A DNA stretch of 64,000 nt from Candidatus Marinacidobacterales bacterium. GTDB lineage: Bacteria; Acidobacteriota; Vicinamibacteria; Marinacidobacterales; DATDRI01. This document shows positions 18,632 to 27,127 of this stretch, one piece after another; the stretch's first letter is position 1, and each line of letters starts with the position of its first letter. The DNA is taken from positions 512,001 to 576,000 of the forward strand of contig OZ245365.1 in assembly GCA_965226495.1 (NCBI GenBank). The letters run 5' to 3'. Under the pieces are notes generated by a model. That model made no database searches. It had not been told where the DNA came from and saw nothing but the letters and a program-made list of their open reading frames with translations. A program made the translations under genes and the position numbers.

Positions 18632-18898
18632 CTAGTCTTTGTCACGCGCTTCCCGGAATTGGGCGCGCACCCGTCCCGCGGCTACCGCCATCACAATCGA
18701 CTGCGCCGCACCGATCTCTTCATCGGTTAACCCCTCGTCTTTGGCGACGCCAAAGTAGTGCTTCATTCAGGGATAGCAGCCAAGAGCCAAGGCGGAGGCG
18801 AAATGAATGAGCACGGTCTCTTTCGGCGTTAAGAACTTGTTGCGCCTTGCCGAGCGATAGAACTGGTTGAAAGCGTTTTTCTGTTCTTCTGGCAGCAT
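18632..18898 (-). CDS. CMD/AhpD-like selenoprotein, 88 aa, CxxU (Sec at 18767-18769)
   Basis: Hand translation: MLPEEQKNAFNQFYRSARRNKFLTPKETVLIHFASALALGCYPUMKHYFGVAKDEGLTDEEIGAAQSIVMAVAAGRVRAQFREARDKD*. GAGGTGAAGGG precedes the ATG. Absent from the ORF track. Confidence 0.88.
18739..18755 (-). promoter_or_regulatory. Candidate SECIS hairpin
   Basis: CTTTGGC-GTC-GCCAAAG on the coding strand; the loop G lies 19 nt after the UGA. Confidence 0.72.
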
Positions 18899-18907
18899 CC
18901 CTTCACC

Positions 18908-21331
18908 TCATTCGAATCTGAGCGCTTCCAGTGGATCGATGGAAGCCGCCCTACGTGCAGGAAAGAACATGGCCAGCAGGCTGACCCCCACCAAAATCAA
19001 CGAGACGAACGCGATGGTCCTCGGATCGAATGAGTCGACTTCGAATAGAAGCGGCGCTAGCATCGGGTTCGCGGCGACGGTGCAGCCGAGTCCGACGAGG
19101 AGACCGATGAAAGTCAGGCTCAAGCCGCGGAGGACGACCAACCGCGCGACGTCTCCCTTTCCTGCTCCGAGCGCCACGCGGATCCCAATCTCTTTCGTGC
19201 GCAGAGCCATCGTATAAGCAACGACGCCGTAGAGACCGGCGGCAGACAAGAGCACCGCCGCGGCGACGAGCGCGGTGAAGAGTCGAGCTAGGGCCCGCTC
19301 CTGCGCGACGTCCTCGGACAAGGCCTGCGCCACAGTCTCGATGGAGTAGAGTGCCTGACTGTTGTCGACGGCGGCCACGGCCGACCGTATTGCTGGCACT
19401 AGGCCGGCAGGATTTTTTTCGGTCCGCACGGCCAGACTGGTCGTTAAGGGTGGCCGCTGTCGGTAGGAGTAGTAGATGGACGGCCGGATCGGCTCGCGGG
19501 GTCCCGCCTGCCTGACGTCCGCCACCACGGCGATGATCTGAGCGGAGCCTTCCCGACCACGGACGCTCAGGAACTTGCCCACCGCATCCTCGGTTGGGAA
19601 ATGCTGAGCGGCGAGCGTCTCGTTGATGACGATGACGTCGGGCTCGTCGATTCGATCGTCGCTCGAAAAGTCTCGCCCCGCGAGGAGATCGATTCCCATC
19701 GTGTGGAAGTAGTCTGGGCCGATGGTCCGGACTTGGCAGATGTACTCTTGCCCGGTCAGCGGCGGTGGACGACCGTCGACGGTGAACTGCGCCGCCCAAT
19801 TGATGTAGCCGGTGGCCGGTAGCTCGTTGATCACCGCGGCGGACCGGACGCCCGGTAGCGCACGGAGCTCCTCGACAATTTGCTCCAGGTGTGTCACCAG
19901 CTCGACCTCCCCCGGAAACTTCTTCTCGGGCACCGTCAAACGGACCGCGAGCACGTTCTCCGCTCGAATGCCGCGATCGAGGTTTTGCAGCTTGCCGAAG
20001 CTTTGGATCAACACTCCGGCGGCGACCAGCAGTGAGAAGGCGAGCGCAACCTGAAAGACGACGAGTCCGGTACGTGCTGCCTGGGTCGCGCGACTGGGGC
20101 TGGTTCGGCCGCCGTCGTTGAGTGCAGGCGCCAAGCTGTGGCGGGCGGTGAGGAGAATCGCGGGAAGCGATCCCGAGAGCATCGCGGTAAGGATGGTTAG
20201 GAATCCTGTGAATGCGACGACCGAGTGGTCAAGTCTCACCGCGTCGGCGCGAGGCAGCTCCGGCGGAATGAGAGCGGTTACCAAGGAGATTCCCCAGAAG
20301 TGGCTAAGGGCGAGTGCAACGAGGCATCCGAGCGCCGCCAGGCTCGTCGCCTCGGCCAAGAATTGTCGGAGTATTTGTAGCCGACTCGCACCGAGGATCG
20401 ACCGGATGACGAGCTCTCTCTGCCGCACCGTCGCCTGAGTTAGAAAAAGGCTGGCCACGTTAGCGCATGAGATCAGGAGCAGACTGAGGACCGACGCGAA
20501 CGCGACCATCCAGGTACGAGCGAAGTGTTCTCCAAAGAGGCTCTCGTAAAGGGGAACGACGTGCGCTTCGAAATCTGTGTTCGAGTCCGGGTACTGGTCT
20601 TCGAGACGCAACGCTATCGCCGCCATCTCCGCGCGTGCCTCGGCAAGGGTGGCCTTGGGCTTTAGACGACCGACCGCCCGGAATCGTCGGATGCGTCGCG
20701 ACTGCGCCGCGAGATCGAGCTCGAGTGGTAGCCAGACATCGATCTCCGAAGAGGGAAAGGTGACACCGGGCGGCAGGACACCGATGACGGTGTAGGGCAC
20801 GTCATCCAAGAGCATCGCGCGACCGACGACGAGCCGGTCGGCGCCAAACTCCCGCTTCCATAGCCGATCGCTGAGGATGAGAACCGGTGGGGAGCTCGGA
20901 CCTTGCTCGTCGGGCGCAAAAGTACGACCGAGTGAGGGCTTGACGCCGAGGACATCGAAGAGATTCGCCGTCACACGCCGGCCGGGAATCCGCGCCGGTT
21001 CATCGTCCCCTCTCGAGTTGAACGTTTCGGTGGCGCCTCCGTAGGCGGCGATGTCCTCGAAGAGCCTGCTCTGCTCCCGATAGTCCAGGTACTCGGCGGT
21101 GGAGATGGCGAAGGTTGGGATGCCGCGGGTCGGGATGGAAGACTGGAGATGGATCAGGCGATCGGGATTTTCGTAGTTCAAGGGCTCCAGAACCAGCGCG
21201 TTGACGACGCTGAAGATGCAAGCGGTAGCCGCGATGCCGAGGGCGAGGATCGAGACCACGGTCAACGAGAAGACCGGACGTCTTCGCATGCCGCGCCACG
21301 CGTATCTAAAATCTCTCGAGAAAGTGTCCAT
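18908..21331 (-). CDS. ADOP-type duplicated ABC permease (MacB/FtsX x2)
   Basis: DFRYAWRGMRRRPVFS...LALGIA, CANVASL, R.RE..IR..LGA twice, PARRAASIDPLEALRFE; 807 aa. Confidence 0.92.
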   Translation of the reverse strand: MDTFSRDFRYAWRGMRRRPVFSLTVVSILALGIAATACIFSVVNALVLEPLNYENPDRLIHLQSSIPTRGIPTFAISTAEYLDYREQSRLFEDIAAYGGATETFNSRGDDEPARIPGRRVTANLFDVLGVKPSLGRTFAPDEQGPSSPPVLILSDRLWKREFGADRLVVGRAMLLDDVPYTVIGVLPPGVTFPSSEIDVWLPLELDLAAQSRRIRRFRAVGRLKPKATLAEARAEMAAIALRLEDQYPDSNTDFEAHVVPLYESLFGEHFARTWMVAFASVLSLLLISCANVASLFLTQATVRQRELVIRSILGASRLQILRQFLAEATSLAALGCLVALALSHFWGISLVTALIPPELPRADAVRLDHSVVAFTGFLTILTAMLSGSLPAILLTARHSLAPALNDGGRTSPSRATQAARTGLVVFQVALAFSLLVAAGVLIQSFGKLQNLDRGIRAENVLAVRLTVPEKKFPGEVELVTHLEQIVEELRALPGVRSAAVINELPATGYINWAAQFTVDGRPPPLTGQEYICQVRTIGPDYFHTMGIDLLAGRDFSSDDRIDEPDVIVINETLAAQHFPTEDAVGKFLSVRGREGSAQIIAVVADVRQAGPREPIRPSIYYSYRQRPPLTTSLAVRTEKNPAGLVPAIRSAVAAVDNSQALYSIETVAQALSEDVAQERALARLFTALVAAAVLLSAAGLYGVVAYTMALRTKEIGIRVALGAGKGDVARLVVLRGLSLTFIGLLVGLGCTVAANPMLAPLLFEVDSFDPRTIAFVSLILVGVSLLAMFFPARRAASIDPLEALRFE

Positions 21332-21344
21332 GGGGTTTCTTTTT

Positions 21345-21360
21345 ATCGTGGTTTTACGAT
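21345..21360. promoter_or_regulatory. ArsR-box-like operator upstream of the permease
   Basis: ATCGTG-GTTT-TACGAT, matching the site at 21723-21738. Confidence 0.6.
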
Positions 21361-21379
21361 TATGAAAGACAAAAAAACT

Positions 21380-21724
21380 CTAGAAAACGTCCTCCACTTT
21401 CTTCCGGAACCAGGCGATGCGATCCGAGTGCAGGCAGTAATTCGTCGCCGGTCCGTCGATGGTGCCTTGGATCCACCCGGCATCCCTCAAGACCTTCAAG
21501 TGCTGAGATACCGTTGATTGGGCGAGCCCGACCTCGTCGACGATGTCACCGGTGATGCATCCGGGGTGGGTTAGAAGGAACTTCATGATCCCGAACCGCA
21601 CCGGATTGCCGAGCGCCTTGAACATCGCGACGAGATCATCCTGCTGGCTCCCGCGGATATCGAGCGTGCAGCATTGACTTGGAACGATCGGTTTTTTGCG
21701 TGCTTTCTGGCCACGATTAATCAT
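21380..21724 (-). CDS. arsR: ArsR/SmtB family metalloregulator
   Basis: FKALGNPVRF, GCITGDIV, LAQSTVSQHLKVL, NYC; N-terminal CC pair. Start chosen at ATG 21724. Confidence 0.88.
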   Translation of the reverse strand: MINRGQKARKKPIVPSQCCTLDIRGSQQDDLVAMFKALGNPVRFGIMKFLLTHPGCITGDIVDEVGLAQSTVSQHLKVLRDAGWIQGTIDGPATNYCLHSDRIAWFRKKVEDVF

Positions 21725-21762
21725 CGTAATACTACGATATAGAAATGTGTTTCTGGAGTCAA
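21723..21762 (-). promoter_or_regulatory. arsR promoter with overlapping operator
   Basis: Minus strand TTGACT (21762-21757), 17 nt, TATCGT (21739-21734). Inverted repeat ATCGTA-ATAC-TACGAT at 21723-21738. Confidence 0.7.
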
Positions 21763-21801
21763 GTCGTGAGTTCCAAGGCTTGAAGGAGAGAGGGCGGTGC
21801 T

Positions 21802-23130
21802 CTAGGCGCGGACGCGAATGCGGTCTTCCTTCTCGCTTAGATCGGCTTTTCCTAGCTGACCCTCGGATGCCGCAACGATGGTGGCGACCAAACAATCTCC
21901 GGTGACGTTGGTGGCGGTGCGGAGCATATCTAGGATCCGATCGATGCCGAGAATCAATGCGATGCCGGCGATCGGCACGCCAATAGCCTCGAGGATGATC
22001 ACCAACATGATGATCCCCGCTCCCGGGACGGCAGCGGTTCCGATGGAGGCGAGCACCGCGGTCAGCACGATCGTCAGTTGTTGGCCGATGTCGAGTCCCA
22101 TCCCCAGTGTTTGAGCGATGAACACCGCTGCCACCGCCTGGTAGAGCGCGGTCCCATCCATATTGATCGTCGCTCCGAGCGGTATGACGAACGAGGAGAC
22201 TTCTTCCGAGATCCCGAGCTTCTCCTCGCAGCGTTCCATCGTGACCGGTATCGTCGCCCCGCTCGAGCTCGTGGAAAAGGCGACGAGCTGGGCCGGTGCG
22301 ATGCCGGCGAAAAACGTGCGGATCTTCATGGGAGTGAAAAGCCTCAAAAGGGCAGCGTAGGTGACGCCCATTTGGATGGCGAGACCGGCGATCACTGTAA
22401 ATCCGTAGAAACCGAGGGCACCCAGGAGCTCGACGACGCCGCTCAAGTTGTCGCCTGCGACGCTCGTAATCGTGCTCGCGATCAAAGAAAAGACTCCGAG
22501 CGGAGCGATCAACATGATGAGGTCGACGAGGCGTATGATGACCGCGCTCAAGCCTTCGAAGACGGCTAGCAAGGGTTTCGCGGTTTTCGACGGTACTTGG
22601 ATAAGCCCGACGCCGAGAAAAAGCGACACGAAAACGACCTGGAGCATGTTGCGGTTGCTGGACGCCGCGCCGAAGAAATTTGCCGGCACCATGTCGACGA
22701 AGATCTGGAGAGGGCCTCTTTGCTTGGCTTCGTCCGCCGCTGCCTCGCCTGCCGAAACGTCCGCGGCAAACGCACCTTGAAGCTGCGCTTGCACCTCCGC
22801 CGGCACTCGATCGCCCGGTCGGAGGGTGTTGACGATCAGAAGACCGATGGTCACCGAGATTGCGGTCGTCGCCACATAGATGAAGATGGTCTTGCCGCCA
22901 ATTCGGGAGAGCTTTTTGAGATCGCTCAGCGAGGCCACGCCGGTGACCAGGGATGCGATGACCAGCGGGACGGCGATGAGCTGGAGGCTATTAATGAAGA
23001 TGGTACCGAACGGCTGGATCCAGTCCGCGGTGAACTCGGACCAACCGGCTGCCGCAGCGACGATACCGTAGACGACTCCCGACAGGAGACCAACGATTAT
23101 TTGCCAGTGGAGCTTTCGGTACCAGGCCAT
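21802..23130 (-). CDS. Dicarboxylate/amino acid:cation symporter (DAACS, GltP-like)
   Basis: LHWQII, AFSTSSSGAT, PLGATINMDGTALYQA, GIDRILDMLRTATNVTGD. Confidence 0.95.
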   Translation of the reverse strand: MAWYRKLHWQIIVGLLSGVVYGIVAAAAGWSEFTADWIQPFGTIFINSLQLIAVPLVIASLVTGVASLSDLKKLSRIGGKTIFIYVATTAISVTIGLLIVNTLRPGDRVPAEVQAQLQGAFAADVSAGEAAADEAKQRGPLQIFVDMVPANFFGAASSNRNMLQVVFVSLFLGVGLIQVPSKTAKPLLAVFEGLSAVIIRLVDLIMLIAPLGVFSLIASTITSVAGDNLSGVVELLGALGFYGFTVIAGLAIQMGVTYAALLRLFTPMKIRTFFAGIAPAQLVAFSTSSSGATIPVTMERCEEKLGISEEVSSFVIPLGATINMDGTALYQAVAAVFIAQTLGMGLDIGQQLTIVLTAVLASIGTAAVPGAGIIMLVIILEAIGVPIAGIALILGIDRILDMLRTATNVTGDCLVATIVAASEGQLGKADLSEKEDRIRVRA

Positions 23131-23256
23131 GCCAGTGAGGGGCAGTTTAAGGGGCCGGATCCGAAAATGCCACCGGTGTCTGTGCATGCAGACTTTCCCT
23201 GGGTAGCTCGGGTGTGTTATTTTCGGCGTTCGGTTTTCATATATGGCGTAGAAGAA

Positions 23257-24234
23257 ATGGAAGACATCAAAAGGGTATGCATCGTCGGGGCCGGGGCCAT
23301 CGGCAGCCTCTTCGCCGGGCATCTCGCCTCTATTGTCGAGGTAACCGTCCTTGCGCGGCGAAAGTCCCATGCCGAGGCGCTGAGGTCCGAAGGGCTCCGT
23401 ATTAGTGGAAAGAGCGAGCTCAAGGCCAAGGTGAAGGCCTCGACCGATCCGGCGGAGCTCGGTGATCCGGACCTCGTCATCCTTGCTGCCAAAGCGGCCG
23501 GTGTCGAGGATTGCGCGAAACAAGTGTCGGGGCATTTCCCGCATGCCATCGTCATGACGGTGCAAAACGGCCTGGGATTCGAAGACCTCGTAGCCGCCAA
23601 TGGCGACTGGCCGATCCTGTCCTCGGTGACTTTCATGAGCGGGACTCGTCACTCCGATATCCACGTGGAGTACGAGCTCGATACGGCCACCTGGACCGGA
23701 CCCTGGGCTCAGGGTAGCGCGACGTACGAGCAAGCGAAGCAGGTTGCTTCGCTGATCAACGAGTCCGGACTCATTGCCGAAGCGTTTCCGGATCTTCTTC
23801 CAGCCCAATGGTCGAAACTGGTCTTCAACTCGGTGGTCAACAGCATTTCTGCGTTGACGGATCTAGGACATGTGAAACCGTTCGCGGTGCGTGACAAGCC
23901 TGCCGACTTGGGACATCTCGTATTTGCGATGATGAACGAAGGCAAAGAGGTCGCCAAGGCGAGCGGCGTGACTCTATTCGAGGATCCCTGGGAGATGAAC
24001 GTCCAGGCGGTCGGACAGGGACAAACCGGGGGAGACGATTACGCACATGTGCCCTCGATGCTCAGCGACGTACGCGCCCGTCGCAATACCGAGATCGATT
24101 GGATCACCGGGGCGATCGTACGGGCAGGCAACAAGGCGGGAGTTCCGGTGCCGATCCACGAGACATTGTACCGGCTCGTGAAGGCGCTGGAGATGGGCTG
24201 GGCCTCGCCGAAGCTAACCGGTCGTCAGGATTAA
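23257..24234 (+). CDS. Ketopantoate reductase (PanE/ApbA) family protein 1
   Basis: IVGAGAIG, QNGLG, WSKLVFNSVVN, PSMLSDV...TEIDWITGA. Confidence 0.9.
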   Translation: MEDIKRVCIVGAGAIGSLFAGHLASIVEVTVLARRKSHAEALRSEGLRISGKSELKAKVKASTDPAELGDPDLVILAAKAAGVEDCAKQVSGHFPHAIVMTVQNGLGFEDLVAANGDWPILSSVTFMSGTRHSDIHVEYELDTATWTGPWAQGSATYEQAKQVASLINESGLIAEAFPDLLPAQWSKLVFNSVVNSISALTDLGHVKPFAVRDKPADLGHLVFAMMNEGKEVAKASGVTLFEDPWEMNVQAVGQGQTGGDDYAHVPSMLSDVRARRNTEIDWITGAIVRAGNKAGVPVPIHETLYRLVKALEMGWASPKLTGRQD

Positions 24235-24248
24235 CGAGGGAGAAGGTA

Positions 24249-25181
24249 ATGAAAGTATGTGTCGTTGGATGTGGCGCGGTGGGAAGTCTATTCGCCGCTC
24301 ATCTGGCACGGCTCGACGACGTCGAGGTGTGGGCCTATGACTTGGACGAACGCCATTGCAGCGCGATCAATTCCGGAGGCTTGCGCTTGTCCGGTCTCGC
24401 CGATTTCACTTCGAAGCTCCAAGCGAGTAGCGATGCCTCCAAGATACCCGCGTGTGATTACGGCATCGTCGCCACCAAGTCGTACCATACGCGAACCGCA
24501 ATCGAGGCGACCGCCAGCATCTTCAAGGACGGTGCGGTCGCTTCGGTTCAAAACGGCGTCGGCAGCGAAGAGATCATCGCCGAGTACGTGCCGCGGGTCA
24601 TTCGAGGGACGACATTCCCGGCCGGTCACATCCTAGAGCCGGGGCACATCCAGCAAGATGCGGTCGGTCAGACCTGGATCGGTCCTTTCGAGCCGAAACC
24701 GGCCACCATGGATGAGGTGGAGCTCCTCGCAGAAGCGCTCACGCGCTCCGGCATGGAAACGCTGGCGATGAAGGATGCCCGGGGCGCGCAATGGACCAAA
24801 CTGGTCTTCAATGCGTCGACCAATCCGATCGGCGCGCTAACGCAACTGACCCACGGTCAAGTCTGCGACCAGAAAGACGTGCGCGCCCTCGTGACCGGAC
24901 TGGTCAAGGAGGCGGTGGCGGTTGCGGACAAGCTAGGCATTACCTTGGACAGCGATCCGGAAAAGCTGATCGATCATGCGCGCGAGGTCGCCTACGATCA
25001 CAAGGCGAGCATGTTGCAGGACGTGCTCGGACGACGCAAGACCGAGATCGAAGCCTTGAACGGCGGGATCGTCGAGTTTGGACGCGAGACCGGTGTGCCG
25101 ACCCCACTCAACGAAGCGATAAGGGCACTCATTCTGGGGCTCGAGGAAGCATGGACACGCGACAAAGGAGAGACTAAATGA
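24249..25181 (+). CDS. Ketopantoate reductase family protein 2
   Basis: VVGCGAVG, ATKS, QNGVG, WTKLVFNASTN, SMLQDV...TEIEALNG. Confidence 0.9.
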   Translation: MKVCVVGCGAVGSLFAAHLARLDDVEVWAYDLDERHCSAINSGGLRLSGLADFTSKLQASSDASKIPACDYGIVATKSYHTRTAIEATASIFKDGAVASVQNGVGSEEIIAEYVPRVIRGTTFPAGHILEPGHIQQDAVGQTWIGPFEPKPATMDEVELLAEALTRSGMETLAMKDARGAQWTKLVFNASTNPIGALTQLTHGQVCDQKDVRALVTGLVKEAVAVADKLGITLDSDPEKLIDHAREVAYDHKASMLQDVLGRRKTEIEALNGGIVEFGRETGVPTPLNEAIRALILGLEEAWTRDKGETK

Positions 25182-26335
25182 CCGACAGGAGCAACCCGTT
25201 TCGGCCGAGCCAGGCAGAGATCGATCGCCGCTACAAGAATGTCCGCGCGGCGATGAAGGCCGCCGACCTCGAAGCCCTGATCGTGAGCGGGAGTGAGTAC
25301 ACCGGTTTCGAAGGCGCCGTTCAATATATGTGCGGTTTCCACATTCTCCATCGATACGCGTATGTGCTGGTGCCCATTGAAGGCGAGCCCATTTGTGTGT
25401 TTCCCCGGGAAGCCACCTGGGTGGGGGATCACTCCAAAACGTTCCTGGACAACCGGGAGTTTCCAGCCATCTGCGGGCAATGGATGGCGGACCACCTGAA
25501 GGGAAAAGGCATCAAGCGCGTGGGCGTCTTCGGCTACAACTTCATCATGAACGTTCGCGACTACCGCGCGCTGGTCGACACCGGACTCGAGGTCGTCGAC
25601 TTCGACGAGCCTTTCGATCTCGCCCGGGCGCAGAAGAGCGAGGAGGAGCTCAAATCCGTGCGCAACTCGATGGATATCAACAAGGGCGCGGTCCTGGCCG
25701 TCATCAAGGCCTACCAGCCTGGCAAGAGCGAGGCCGAGCTGATGGCGGTGGCCGAGCATGCCTTCGCGCAACGAGGGACGGCGCGATCGACCATGAACAT
25801 GGTTCTTACCGGCCCCAACGGGTCGATCCATCCGCAGATGGTCTTTGCCGACCCGCAACGCAAAGTTCAGGATAGCGATGGCCTCCTCTATGGTCTGGAG
25901 GGGGCGGGTCAGGGCGGTCACTGGGTCGAGTTTTCTCGTGTGATCGCGCCGAAGGGGCTCGACGACATGACCAAGCGTTTGCTGGAAGCCTATCAGGAGT
26001 ACGATGAGCTCCTGTTGACACACCTCAAGGAGGGCGCAACCGCCGAGCACGTTCACACCGAAACCGTGAAACCCTTTACAAAGCTCGGCCTGCGCTTTGG
26101 GCATGTCTCGGGACATTCGATCGGGATGACGATGATCGAAGCGCCCCGCATTGGCGAGGGGTCGGAATTCCCTCTACCGGAGAACATGGTTGTCTCGATG
26201 CATCCGCACGTCATGACCGAAGATCGCAAGCATTGTTTTTATATGCAGGATACCTACCGCGTCGGGAAGGACAAGGGGGAGCGTCTGTCGTGCGTGCCGA
26301 TGCGGTTTTATGACGGAACGGAATCGGAACTCTAG
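25178..26335 (+). CDS. M24 (Xaa-Pro peptidase/creatinase fold) protein
   Basis: Creatinase-like N-terminus, RAQKSEEE, GHSIG, ENMVVSMHPH. Confidence 0.85.
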   Translation: MTDRSNPFRPSQAEIDRRYKNVRAAMKAADLEALIVSGSEYTGFEGAVQYMCGFHILHRYAYVLVPIEGEPICVFPREATWVGDHSKTFLDNREFPAICGQWMADHLKGKGIKRVGVFGYNFIMNVRDYRALVDTGLEVVDFDEPFDLARAQKSEEELKSVRNSMDINKGAVLAVIKAYQPGKSEAELMAVAEHAFAQRGTARSTMNMVLTGPNGSIHPQMVFADPQRKVQDSDGLLYGLEGAGQGGHWVEFSRVIAPKGLDDMTKRLLEAYQEYDELLLTHLKEGATAEHVHTETVKPFTKLGLRFGHVSGHSIGMTMIEAPRIGEGSEFPLPENMVVSMHPHVMTEDRKHCFYMQDTYRVGKDKGERLSCVPMRFYDGTESEL

Positions 26336-26347
26336 GGGGAGGTCTCC

Positions 26348-26977
26348 ATGAGCAAGGACACGGCAAAAACGATCGCCGACGCGACGACTTTGAGAGATTC
26401 GGTGGGCACCCCGCACCCCATCGCGGCGACGAAGGATATGCCTCGCCTCGACCCGCACTGTAAGCACTTCATCTCGCTGTCGCCCTTTCTCTGTCTGAGC
26501 ACGATGAGCGTGGACGGGAAGGCCGACGTGAGTCCTCGTGGCGATCCGCCGGGTTTCGTGACCGTGCTCGACGATCGAACGATTCTGATCCCCGATCGGC
26601 CGGGCAATCGACGCGTGGACTCGATGGAGAACATCGTCGAGAATCCCTCGGTCGGCATCATTTTCTTCGTTCCCGGGGTCGAGGAGACGCTGCGTCTCAA
26701 CGGCCGCGCCAGCATCGTGGACGACGAGGGGCTTCTCTCTGAAATGACGGTCCGCGGGCACACACCCAAGCTCGGTATCAAGGTCGAGCTCGAGTCGGTC
26801 TTCTTCCATTGTGCGAAGGCGCTGAAACGCGCACACCTGTGGGACCTGAGCTCACAAATCGACCGCAAGGACTTCCCGACTTTAGGTCAAATCATTCACG
26901 ACCAGCGTATGCCCGAAACGCCCGCCGTGGAAGTCGAGCGGCGCGTAGAGGAAGACTACGAGAAGGACTTGTACTGA
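26348..26977 (+). CDS. Pyridoxamine 5'-phosphate oxidase-like FMN-binding protein
   Basis: DVSPRGDPPGFV, PDRPGNRRVDS, ETLRLNGRA, FFHCAKALKR. Confidence 0.92.
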   Translation: MSKDTAKTIADATTLRDSVGTPHPIAATKDMPRLDPHCKHFISLSPFLCLSTMSVDGKADVSPRGDPPGFVTVLDDRTILIPDRPGNRRVDSMENIVENPSVGIIFFVPGVEETLRLNGRASIVDDEGLLSEMTVRGHTPKLGIKVELESVFFHCAKALKRAHLWDLSSQIDRKDFPTLGQIIHDQRMPETPAVEVERRVEEDYEKDLY

Positions 26978-27127
26978 TTTCGAGTCCGCTGCCAATGAAC
27001 TGGCGCACCAACGTCGTAGCCTTCTTGTCGTAAGCGACAACAACTTCTCCGAAAGGCAACGGACCGTATTCTCGCTCTTCCGCCTAACGGGGAAGCCAGG
27101 CAAGTCTCGATCGTCCTGTGTGATACG

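Noticed and set aside
22597-23808. Long overlapping N-terminal extensions of the symporter and PanE ORFs
   Set aside because: Antisense shadows typical of high-GC DNA; family motifs begin at 23130 and 23257.
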